Part shown: positions 12,048-23,923 of the stretch, one piece after another
Position numbering within the stretch: position 1 is the first letter of the stretch
How the letters are laid out: every line of letters begins with the position of its first letter
NCBI RefSeq assembly: GCF_001194135.2
Contig: NC_068982.1
Location: 50,021,839-50,085,838, forward strand
Length of the DNA stretch: 64,000 nucleotides
From: Octopus bimaculoides
Lineage: Eukaryota
Reading direction: 5' to 3'
Program-made: the position numbers and the translations under genes
The notes under the pieces: generated by a model
The model's input: the letters and a program-made list of their open reading frames with translations, nothing else
The model's database searches: none
What the model was told of the DNA's origin: nothing

Positions 12048-15000
12048 CCAGTACTTAGCCTGGTACCTATTCTATCATAAAGGAAATAATTCAGTTGAAC
12101 CTAAACACTGCATGGGAGTTTTTTTTTGTTTTTTTTTTCTTTAATGTACCAACTTTTATTCACTGCTGTACTATTTCTAAGGATTTTTAATTAGATACCG
12201 TAATACATTTGGTGAATGGGAAATGATCAAACTGACCAAAATATTTGCCCTATACTTATTTTATCAACAACCCTAGAAGGGAACATGATTTCAAATTTGA
12301 AGAAAAGGAACAGATGATAATATTGACCTCAGGATGTAACTGGTGCTTTATTTTATCAACCCCTGAAGAATGGAAAGCAGGATTTGAACTCTGAATGCAG
12401 AAAGTTAGAAGTAAAGCAAGGCATTGAATTTCCAATGGACCCCACACTTTTAAAGATCTGTCTACTTAATAAACTAAATATATATAACTGAATAATTATC
12501 TTTTTATCTTTTTTTTTTATCTTATACTTTTTCAGTCATTAGACTGTGATCAAGCTGGAGCATCACACTAAAGAATTTCAGCCAAATGAAATGACTCCAG
12601 GACTTATTTTTTTTAAACTTGGTACTTATTCAGCTGGTTTCTTTTGCCAAACCACTGAGTTATGGGGATGTAAATACACTAACACTGATAGTCAAGCAAT
12701 GGTGGGGGACAAACACAGACACAAACACACACACATCTGACAGGCTTCTTTTAGTTTCTATCTACCAGATTTACTCACAAGGTTTCAGTTAGTCTGAGGC
12801 TATAATAGAAAACACTTGTCCAAGGTGCCACACTGTGTGACTGAACCTGGGACCATGTGGTTGGAAAGCAAACTTCTTACCACACAGCCCCACCTGCACC
12901 TATATATGACTGATTAATTACAAACTTTACACTGCAGTCTTTTAAAAATTTGAGCACACTCACAAACATTGCTGTACCACCTGCATGGAGCTCCCCAAGT
13001 TGGGAATCGCTGGTCTAAAGTACCTAGTCCACTTTAGATGGAGACATAGAGGAGAAACTCAAAACTTGGTTCTGTTCCAAAAAGCTTTATCTCAGTCAGT
13101 AATGCCATTTAAACTGAAATCAATTTCATTCAAGTGGAACTAAAAGCAAGAACTGTACACTAAGTACTCAGTAGTAAAAGTCACAGTTTAGATTCTCCCA
13201 TCTTAAGACATCTGAAGTCCCAGAAATCCAAAATACTGTTCAATATTGATTAACTAATATACTAATTTCCCTGCGGAATATGTTTGGGGGGCAAATTAGC
13301 TACATAATGTTTAACATTATAATTACAACCTTCAATCGAAATTTCTATGTAGTAAGTAAGAAAGCAACAATGCCAAAAATCAATTGCTGGTTTTCTTTCA
13401 ACTTATCAAAAACAAAAAAAAAACCAAGTAATTCACATTGAAAGGTTTTATAAACTACTTCAAAAGCATAAACATGTTGTTTTGTACAGCCCTAGGTCAG
13501 TGCTGATCAAGCAGACTAAATAAAAATAATTTATTATTATTATTGTAGTGACATTCTTCTGAAGAAATCTTCCAAAAATTGGAAATTGAGAATATTAATT
13601 CAATAAGGCAGTTTCAAAGAGATGCGCAGTATACTGACCCTAAGTCGATAATCTAATTTATTCCATTATTGTGAAAATATGGCTTCTATAGGAGTAATTC
13701 AGTTCTAACTCTTCAACAGTGAGTGTAATCCGTGAATCCCTGTTTCACTATTACTGTTTCATATTAAAGTTCCACTTTATAAAAAAAAATAACCTTGTTA
13801 ATTATATTAATATGTTAATTATGTTTAAAATGTTCTGTTAAATATACATATATGACGGAACTGTCAGCACGAACATTTTCAGTTAATTAAAAAAAAAGAA
13901 TGACAAATTTCAGCTTTTGCTACACAAAAGTCAATATGCTGTGTGTGTGTGTGTGTGTGTGTGTTTGTGTATATATATATATAAATACACACAAACACAT
14001 ATGCACTAACAAACATTTATATATTTGCAAGTTCATGAGAACTCAAATTTAATTAAAATTTGTTAAGGCTTTTAAGATGTTAACTATGTGAATCTCTAAT
14101 TACAATAGCTAAAAAGAATTGCTACAGAATCTATTTTACAATCCTGCAGAAATTTCATTTTTCATTTTAGAAATTCATTTTTCCTTAAGTTTAAAATTAA
14201 ATAAATTTCACATATGAGTCACAAAGAATCTCTAGATTTTACAATTTAACATGTTATGCATAAAAAAAAAGTACTCAGAAGGTAGTGCCCCGGCATGACC
14301 GCAGTCCAATGACCGAAATAAGTAAAAGATAAACAGTTTGGGTATTGGTTCTTAATGGGTCTTTTTAATTATTTATTTAATTAATAAATGCTCAGTAGTC
14401 TGTAGCTCAGACCAGACTGAAAAACAGTTATATATGAGCCAAAACAATTGTTCAAGATGCAAGAAACTGAAGTCAAATTGCACACAAATCACACTTCACT
14501 GATTTAAAAACATACAAAGGAAACATTCAGAAATGAATTCATAGATACACCATCTGAATAAAAGACAGCATTGTAGCAATACTTTTGATCATAGATTTCC
14601 TTTATTAGAAATGATTTAAGGTTAAACAACAACAACATGACTAATTTGATGAGCCTAAGCCATGGTTGAGTAGAGCTGACACTTGCTATAAATTATTGTC
14701 AGAGGTCAACTTTATCAGCTGCATGAGGCTAATTCTAAGTGTCAACAGCAAGAAACTATGAATATCTGGACTAAATGCCATAGTCAAATGACAACATTAA
14801 GGTTAGAAACTTATCACAAAATATCTATAACTATTGACTGATATTCTTTTACTTAAATCTTATTTATTTTTAGTTCTTTTGGGGGTTTTCTGTTTTGTAG
14901 CGTGTAGGAGAGTATTTTTGTCACATCACTCAATCAGAACATTTGGCATGGAAGAGTTGTATTGGTCCAGGCAAGTCACCTGACTGGATGACCACGCTGA

Positions 15001-16285
15001 CCTTTGCATCAGCCCACTAACTCACAGGTATGCTTTTCTTCTTTCATCAATACTGAGTTTCATTTGCCAAATATCACACTAAACACTTTACTTCCCTTCA
15101 GAAATTTTCCCCTTTGGAATTCTGTTCTAGTTCAAGTTTTTCCTAGAAGCCTCAACCAGCAGAACTTCAAGCAGAATATCAAATAAATTGAACCCTCTTA
15201 CGAATTTAACTAATTAATTAGAGAAAAAAAAAAACAACAAAAGAGTTGTTTTAAATAATCATAATTTTAATTCTCTCGTTTTGTGAGATCAACTTGAAAT
15301 GAGATGCTTCAAAATAAGTATTAACTTATGAATATTCTCTTTTTAGTAATCAGAATCATTAACACTTTATACTTTGTCATCTACACTGGTTTCAAATGTC
15401 GGCACAAGGCCAGCACTTACAGTGAAGCATGTAAGTCGATTACTGGTACTTATTTTATTGACTCCAAAAGGCTGAAAGGCAAAATTGACCTTGGCAGAAT
15501 TTGAACTTAGAACATGAAAATGGACGAAATACCACTAAGCATTTTGCCTAGAGTGCTAACAATTCTGCCAACTCACCACCTTAACTTTGTCACCTACATT
15601 AATCCAATTTCCTTGAGTATTCTGTGCAGGTAGGTATTCAACAGGAATCCTCACTCCCCATTTATTCATTAAAGTTTTTGAGGTTATAACCTAAAGTACA
15701 AAATTAGTTGTCTTTCAGAGCTTTTATGTGAGTTTCAGACAGCAAAATCCGTCAATGAGTCACAAAAAGAGGTGACACTGCATAAGACATGTCTTATCAA
15801 GAAGCAGGCCATACAACTAAAAAAATTCAAGGTAGTTTTTTGTTAGGCATATTATTCAGAAAGTCCTGTGGGTTACAGTTTGTCTATGATTGATGTATAG
15901 GAAAATTAGTTGAGTATGATCTATTGGAAGTGCAATAAAATTCAAATTCTATGAAAGGCAAAAGGCCATTAGTGAGTAACAGAGAATAAATGCCAAAAAG
16001 ATTTGGTTTTATGAAAACCACAATGGTAGCCACTAAGAAGTGAGAGAGATTCAAGCATCAGAGAATGTTGTTAACAGTTATCACTATCACTTATGAAATC
16101 TTGGAAGCAACTGTGTTTGGATGGTAGATGGGAGGATTAAGGGAGTTGCCCTTCTTTGGCATGGTATACACATTTGCAAAATGTAAGAATAACATTTCTG
16201 TAAAGAAAGAGAGATTGAAGAGCTTTGGTGAAGATAGGGATTAGCTATGGTGTGCATTGCTTGATAGTAGAAGAATTCGTTGCTG

Positions 16286-16357
16286 GACAGTTTAGTTTAA
16301 TGGTAAAACACTTGACGCGTAATCACAGAGATGTGAGTTTGAGTCTCATGGCTGGCC
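16286..16357 (+). pseudogene. tRNA-like sequence (cloverleaf with CGT in the anticodon position; pseudo-tRNA-Thr or SINE head)
   Basis: GACAGTT/GGCTGGC acceptor-like stem (1 mismatch, 2 G-U), GTTT/AAAC D stem with AATGGTA loop, and GTGAG/CTCAT T stem with TTTGAGT loop. The anticodon arm is irregular (CGCGTAA loop) and a T-run follows. Confidence 0.5.
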
Positions 16358-16812
16358 AGTAGCGTATTTTTCTGCAATAAATGGATAATTTATCCTGATC
16401 ACACTATTTATAGCATTATCACGCGTCTGAGAAATAAATTTATTCTCAACGCTTCTAAAAAAGAACAAACTTTGTTTGTTTACTTTCATCATAAAGTTGG
16501 AAAGGATATTGTCAGAGCTGCAGGCCAAGTTGTTGGAAATGACCAGAGGTACTTTCAGACTCAGTGTGTATGTGAAGTGCAAATGGATAGATTTAGAAGA
16601 AATTTACTGCGCGTTGCAGTGGGAAGTTAGATGCAAAGCAACACATGTAAAGGCATTCTCCATGAAAATACTGCTCGCAGAACCTGATCTAAAAGCTAGT
16701 AACAGAGAAAATTCCACAAAAGGTATTCATCAACAATGAAGTGGTGTTAAACTGGGTGACATTATGTACCTTCCAACCCTTCAAAACAATAAGATGCATG
16801 AACTCTTTACAT

Positions 16813-17249
16813 CAATGATTCCCAACAAGGGGCATATGTCCTACTGATGGAGCCTAGGAAAATTGTAGTGGAGTGTGGGGGCCAAATTTTTTTTATTTAG
16901 TGTGACATGGAATTGTGAAATTCTTTTTTCTCAACAAACACACTACACCTCTACTAGGCATAGTCAAATCAATCCCTCCAGCCAAGCATATTGTGTGAAG
17001 ACTGTTTGCTACAGTATAGAGCTATTCTGCTTGCCCTAGTGTGAATATATTTCTTTAAGGAAAGTATATAATTATGAGAAGTTGATACTCAGTACTTAAT
17101 AAAAGAGTTACCTGTAGATTATTTTTGTATGAAATAATTGATAGAATATTAAAAATAAAGCTGGGTTTTTTTTCCCCAAGCATTGGTGGAGCATACATTT
17201 TCCTAAAAAGTTATAGTGGGGCATGGGGAAAATAGGTTGGGAAACACTG
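16813..17249. mobile_element. hAT (Charlie-like) non-autonomous element
   Basis: TIRs CAATGATTCCCAAC / GTTGGGAAACACTG and a perfect 8-bp TSD CTTTACAT (16805-16812, 17250-17257). Confidence 0.8.
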
Positions 17250-19081
17250 CTTTACATCATATATATATATATATATTCATAAACAGGAGTTACACCACAG
17301 TTATTTTGTGATCTTTGCTACCCTGGTATCTATTAACTAATTTATTTTATCCAAGTTATTTATTACTAGGAGGAAATAAATACATATAATAAAATATATA
17401 TATATATATATATGACAGAAAACATTAGATAACTGGAAGTAAATAATGTGTACATACATATGCACACAAATACAGATATACACACATGAACATCATTATT
17501 GCTTAATGTCCTGTGTTCCATGCTTGCAAAAGTCAGACATAGTTTATTGAGGCAGATGCTCTATGGGTAGGTGCCCTTCCTATCACCAACCTTCACCTGT
17601 TTCCATTGTCAGATGTGTTTTTACAGAATACTGGAAATGAATGACATGGTTCATATGACAGAGACATTCTTTTAAAAACTATCAGAAGGTGTTAAGACAA
17701 GAAGATACAAACAAACGCACACATACACATCCTTCAATTTCAGCTTACCAAATCCACACACAAGGCTTTTGCCTAGGGTGCTATGCAATGGGATTGATCT
17801 TGATATGTGGCTACAAAACAAAATTTTTAATAACATAGCCATGTCTGTGCACACACATACATATATATATACCACATATACCCATATATGGATCCATTAC
17901 TTTATGATTATATAGATATACACACAAATACACATGTGAGTGAGTGTGTATATAATTATATATATGTAAATATATATATGTATGTATGTATACACACACA
18001 ATCTCACAGACCACTACACATTTTTTAAAGAAGAAAACACAAGAGAAAAAGAAACAATATTATCACTGAAACACTATCTATCAAAAAGCACAACCACCAA
18101 CACTCTATACACAATCAAATATGTCCAGATCTGCTGCAGATGTTCAGTTACAAGATTTGGTAAACATTAAGACAGTTCTTTGATTTTGGTTTGTTTGTTT
18201 GGTTTCTTTTATGTCTTCTTTCCCCCCACCCAATTTCTCTAAGTTCATGTACTGGCAACAGTAACAACAGAAATAAAAAAAATTAATAATAACAATATTA
18301 AAAAAAAACAACAAATGCCTGGAGACTTCAAACAAGATATTGAAGATAACAGTAGCGGGAGAAGAGAGAGAGAGAGCAGATGGCGACTGTAACAGTTAAT
18401 GTCTGAAACGTGGATCAGGCAAAGCTGTGTGGTTAAGCTCGCCTTGCAACCACATGGTTTCGGGTTCAGTCCCACAACTCAGTACTTCAGGGAAGTGTCT
18501 TTTACTACAACCTCAGGTCAACCAATGCTTTGTGACTGAATTTGCTAGACAGAAACTGTGTGGAAGCCCATCAGACCCTCTGGCTAATAAATGCGGAGTA
18601 TTTAGTGACCTTCCGTATCTGTTTTCCATTTGTTTGTGCATTTATTGTTTTTTAACTTATTAATTAATGGAACACTACACACCTTCAATTTTATATATAT
18701 ATATATATATATATAAAGTATTGGTATCTAGAAGATCCAAAGAGTGGCAGGTAACACTAAGTGCTATGGACAGACCGTAGTTAAACTCTTGGTTCAATAG
18801 TCATAAGAGTGATGAGTTTAATGTGGGTCTTGTATTAGAATACATATANNNNNNNNNNNNNNNNNNNNNNNNNNNNNNNNNNNNNNNNNNNNNNNNNNNN
18901 NNNNNNNNNNNNTAAGCAGTAGTGGAGCAATAAAGTTGTAGTATATTGTCAACTTAATGTGACAATCCCAATAAGGGAACACACTACTGCCGTTTAGCCC
19001 TAGGAAGCTGGACCGCTTCCTGTCGGCCTTGACACAATTACTGTGTCCTTAAGTTTGCGAAGGGGAGACAAGCTCCCCCAC

Positions 19082-19155
19082 CCAGCCTAGCCAGCATTCA
19101 GGGACATCTTTCCGAGTCTTTGCTCGTCATCAGCCTGAAGTAGCTTGCCAGCTGG
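19082..19155 (-). ncRNA. Minimal type-I hammerhead ribozyme motif (possibly a decayed copy)
   Basis: Minus strand reads UUCAGG-CUGAUGA-CGAG(CAAAGA)CUCG-GAAA-GAU-GUC^CCUGAA. Stem I (UUCAGG/CCUGAA) extends by eye to about 19 bp with bulges; stem II is 4 bp; the GUC cleavage triplet ends at 19103. Stem III is vestigial. Confidence 0.65.
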
Positions 19156-19403
19156 ATAGAGAAGCCTGTTTCGCCTTCGCAAACTTATGTAAATCATAGT
19201 GAAGTTCATTCACTAATCAGCAAAATTAGAAATATAATATTTCTAAATCTCTCAGAGAGATTTAAGGCGAAACAGGCTTCTCTAAATAAGGAATTATTGT
19301 GGAAGATTATAATTTTGTTTGGTTAGGACAAGCAAACTACTAAATAACAACCAGACTTTAAATGCTGGAGCAAAGTGTAGAATTAAAGACGCAATGCAAA
19401 ATG

Positions 19404-19529
19404 GGCCACAGCACATCAGGCAACTTGCCTTGAATTCTAACTGTGACCATTCAAAATCACATGACCAAATATCACAGCTAGAATATGATTGGTTAGAAAT
19501 CCTGACAAGTTGCCTGATGTGCTGTGGCC
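19404..19529. repeat. Foldback with a perfect 24-bp inverted repeat
   Basis: GGCCACAGCACATCAGGCAACTTG (19404-19427) / CAAGTTGCCTGATGTGCTGTGGCC (19506-19529), with partial further pairing inward. Confidence 0.8.
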
Positions 19530-21102
19530 TATTTCTAATTACTGAGCTATCACAGTTTCAATTTTACACCTTGCTACAAGGTAATTAATACAAGATGAAT
19601 TCCTACTTTCATATCCCTGAATATTACACCCCACTCAGCTGAAGAGGTCTCATTTTGTGGGTACTTAGTGAACCTCACTAATGCTGGTGACACAAATAAA
19701 GCACCTAAGACAATGTGAAGTCATTGGCATTTGGAAAGGCATCCAGCTGTAGAAACCATGCCAAAGTAGACATTGGTGAAATGTCCAACTCATGCCAGCA
19801 TGGAAAAAGGATGTTAAATGACAATAATGATGAACTCTGTTGCTTAGTAATAATTACAACTTTTGAAAGTTGAAGGAACATTAGTACTCAATTGTATCTT
19901 ACAAAATTTGTGAGAGCTCTTACCTACCAGAAATTCTGAGAGAAAGGGCTAAAGTTGATAAAAGGTGACTAAATCAAATTCAGGAATAGCTCCCAATATT
20001 TAACAAATGGGTTTCCACATGGTTGCTCAACTTGCTACAAATAACAACCAGATTTGTCTCATCTCAGATTCCATCATCTTCAAGAAAAGGAAGGAAGGAA
20101 TCACTGCAAAGGTTAGTGCTAGATATATTAATTGTATCATTGTAGCCATAAGACTATCAAATATTGTTACATGCCACTAGTCACAGTGCACTTTCTTGCA
20201 CTGTTGTTACTTTCGAATTATGCCACCTTGCCAGCTAAGTGGGCAAGCTTATGGTGTGTAAGTGTCTGAGATCATGACATTACCCCAAGAGAATTGGAGC
20301 AATGCGAAATGAAGCGTTTTACTCAAGAACACAAAACACTGCCTGGTCTGGCATTTGAAATCACAATCTTGCAATCATAGTGCAACACCCTAACCCCACA
20401 CCTGCATACTAAATTTATTATGCCCCTCAAAATAAAGAAGAAGAGTGTTGGTTGCAGCTGGAATGTCACTCACCTTGAGTCTGCTCCATCATTGTTGATC
20501 AAAACTAAAATAACGTTAGATTCATTAAAAATATGGCTGTGTGGTTAAGAAGCTTGTTTTACAACCATGGTTTTTAGGTTCAGAACCACTCGTGACATCT
20601 TGGGCAAGTGTCTTTTACTATAGTTCCAAGCTGACCAATGATGCATGAGTAGATTTATTACACAAAACTGTGAAGAAGTTTGCTGTGAGTATCTGTATGT
20701 ATCTGTATGTATCTGTATGTGCATATATGCTTGTGTGTTTGTGCTGGTGTCATGTTAAGAGCACTGGTGCTGTTGTCATAAAATGCACCCAGTACAATTC
20801 CCAGACCAGGCTGTGTGTTGTGTTCTTGGGCAAGACACTTTATTTCATGTTACTCTAGTTCACTAAGCTGTAGGAATCAGTTGTGATGTCACTAGTGCCA
20901 AGTTGTATCAACCTTTGCCTTTCCCTTGGACAACATTAGTGGCATGGAGACGAGGTTGATTATGCATGGGCAACTGCTGGTCTTCCATAAACAACCTTGC
21001 CCGGACTTGTGCCTAGGAGAGGAACTTTCTAGGTGCAATCCTATGGTCATTCATGACCAAAAGGAGGGTCTTTACCCAGATATACGTAAATATATATATA
21101 TA

Positions 21103-22018
21103 TTGGGTCATCCCATAAATAATGTGGGTTTTTTTATGCTTCTTTTATTTTTCAAAATTAAGATAAAGTTCTTTTTTAATCTAAAATATACTCTCCTTCA
21201 TTGTCTACAATGCTCTTCCATCTATCTGGTAGACTTGCAAGGCCCCTATTTCAAAATTCACTTGTCTGTGATGTAAAATACACCTCCAGTGTTGTTCTGG
21301 CTTTGTCTACAGAATTCATATTTTTTCCATCCAAATGATTTTGAAGACTATGGAATAAATGATAATCAGATGGGGCAATGTCCAGCCTTTGGACTGTCAC
21401 ACTTGCTGTATGTAGCTGGGCATTATCCTGATGGAAGAATATCTTTCATCTTGAAACCAAAGATAGTCATTTTTCTTCTAATGTTGATTTAAGCTGCTTG
21501 AGTTGCTTGCTGTAGATCTCCTTTGTTATCGTTTGGTTTGCGCTTAAAAGTTCAAAGTGGACTGAATCTTTCATATCCCACCAAGCAGATAACAACACCT
21601 TACGTAGGTGAAGACCTTCTTTAGCCTGGGGTGCCAGTGTTTCTCCTTTCCCTTTCCTCCTTTCTTCAGCGCTTGACATTTTTAAAGAACACATTTCTCA
21701 TCACTATTTGGTCCAAAAAAAGGCTCATCCGTGAGACATTACAGCAAGGAAGAGAACACATTCACTCTCTGCATATGATTAGACTCAGAAAGTTTGTGAG
21801 GAACCCATTGTCCCAATTTGTTGACTTTTCTGATGGCACACATGTGTCAATGAATGGTTGAATGACCAAATCCAAGCTTCTCTGCTAGTTCGTCAAGTTA
21901 CAATGGGATTTTGTTCCACCAGAATTTACAGGATGTCCTCGTCGAGCTCTACAGATCTTCCTAGGATGAGGCTCATCTACTAGGCTGTAGTTTCCAGCTC
22001 GGAATTTCTGGAACCACC
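21103..22018 (-). mobile_element. Decayed mariner transposon (3' part with one TIR)
   Basis: TA followed by TTGGGTCATCCCATAAATAATG TIR. Minus strand encodes WFQKFRAGNYSL..., GQWVPHKL, KVLLSAWWDMK..HFELL..NQTI, with stops and frameshifts (track ORF 21467..21694). Confidence 0.88.
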
Positions 22019-23689
22019 ATTGACACTGGCTTATCCCTATATACTGCATGACTTATGCCTAGGAGGGGAACTTTCTAGGTGTAATTCCATGGTCATTCAT
22101 GAGCAAAGGGAGGGTCTTTACCCAGATATACATAAATATTTATATATATTGGGTCATCCCATAAATAATGGAGATGAGAGGCTGATTATGCATGGGCGAC
22201 TGCTGGTCTTCTATAAACAACCTTGCCTGGACTTGTGCCTCGGAGAACTTTCTAGGTACAGTCCCATGGTCATTCATGACTAAAGGGGGTCCTAGACACT
22301 CTGTGGAGTGGTTGGTGTTAGGAAGGACATCCAGCCCATGGCCATACAATCTCCTGTCAAAGTGTCCAACCCAAGCCAGCATATGGACATTAAATGATGA
22401 TGATGACGATGATAATTATGTGAGTGTTGTCCCCACAACCACTTGACAACCATTGTTTGTTTGTTTACATCTCCCTAACAAAAGCAGTTCAGTAATAAAT
22501 TTTTTTTTTAAGCTGATAGAATAAGTACAAGACTTTAACAAAAAATAAGTACTGGGATTAATTTCTTCGACTAAAACCTTTCAAAGCATTGCTCCAGCAT
22601 GGCCACAGTGTAATGACTGAAATAAGTATAAGATAACAGACTGTTACTCATCAAGCCATGCATGGCCTGAAAGCTCTCATGTTCAATCTCATCTCTTGCT
22701 GTAAGCATTTCAACCACATTTATCAAATCATACTATTTACTACTTGTCAATACAGACAGTTCTGCAAAATGAATTTCCTCGAACAAGGTGTGCCCATGGC
22801 TGTGTGGTAAGAAGTTTGCTTCCCAACCACAAGGTTCTGGGTTCAGCTCCATTGCATGGCAGTCATCTATCATATGTGTGTGTGTGTGTGTGTATACACA
22901 TACACACACATAATTCTCGATCAGCATTTTTTGGATGATTATGGTCCCTGTTCGTGTATATGTTTTCATTTGTGTGCTTTAACTACAGGTTCTTACACCC
23001 TAGTCACATTTAGTGACAATTCTAATTCTCTTTCCTGGTGAAACATTGCAGCCTGCTGCTTATATTAATTTTATGTACACACATACACATATACACATAC
23101 ATACATACATACACACATATATACACATACATACATACACACACACATATATACATGTATGTATGCAGGTGTGTGTGTTACAGTAACCTTGATTTCACTT
23201 AATGTGACAGCTGTAAATAAATACCATCATTAATCAAATGGTGTTCTTTCTTTCCATTCTGGTCATGGGGTATTATTAGCTCACTTGGAAACAACAGGTG
23301 TAGGTGGGTGACAGGAAGGGTACCCAGCTGTATAAAATCCACCTCAACCAAAATCCTATCTAACCTATTCAAGTATAGAAAAGTGGACACCAAAATGATG
23401 ATGAATATGTGTTAATTTGTTATTCATTCTGATTCAAACTTAACTCTTCACCCTTCTCATCTTTGATTTAAAAGGTTGCAACTATCATGCGAACCAACTT
23501 ACACTGGCCATCAGTGCCCTGCATATTTCTGAGATGAATTTCATCAGCACCTTCTCTTCAGAATATCTTTGTCTACAGGTATTTACATGTAAACATGTAA
23601 CTGCATAATCTATTCTCTTGGAAGTTATCTCCTTTCACCTTACTAACTTTAAAATCAGGAAAATAAAGTCTTGTATCAAAATCTCACAT

Positions 23690-23923
23690 CTTATTTCTTT
23701 ATTGTCCACAAGGGGCTAAACATAGAGGGGACAAACAAGACCAGACAAAGGGATTAAGTCGATTACATCGACCCCAGTGTGTAATTGGTACTTATTTAAT
23801 TGACCCCGAAAGGATGAAAGGCAAAGTTGACCTCGGCGGAATTTGAACTCAGATCATAACAGCAGACGAAATACCGCTAAGCATTTCGTCCGGCGTGCTA
23901 ACGTTTCTGCCAGCTTACCGCCT
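23690..23923 (-). mobile_element. tRNA-head SINE family B (central GCCTTTCATCCTTTCGGGGTCGATAAA, resembling the Meta/MESC domain), young copy
   Basis: CpGs retained; flanking repeat AAAATCTCAC(A/T)TCTT. Other copies at about 4397-4596(+), 4597-4810(-), 4838-5050(+), 15383-15582(-), 27283-27463(-; 16-bp TSD ACAACAACAACTAATA), 46340-46460(-) and 54069-54285(+). The domain name is from recollection. Confidence 0.8.

Noticed and set aside
14901-15027. Exon-like cassette on + (TTTTGTAG...CAG|GTATGC)
   Set aside because: Stop codons in all three frames and no partner exons found.
23475-23578. Open exon-like frames on both strands
   Set aside because: No recognisable homology, weak acceptors and no linked exons.
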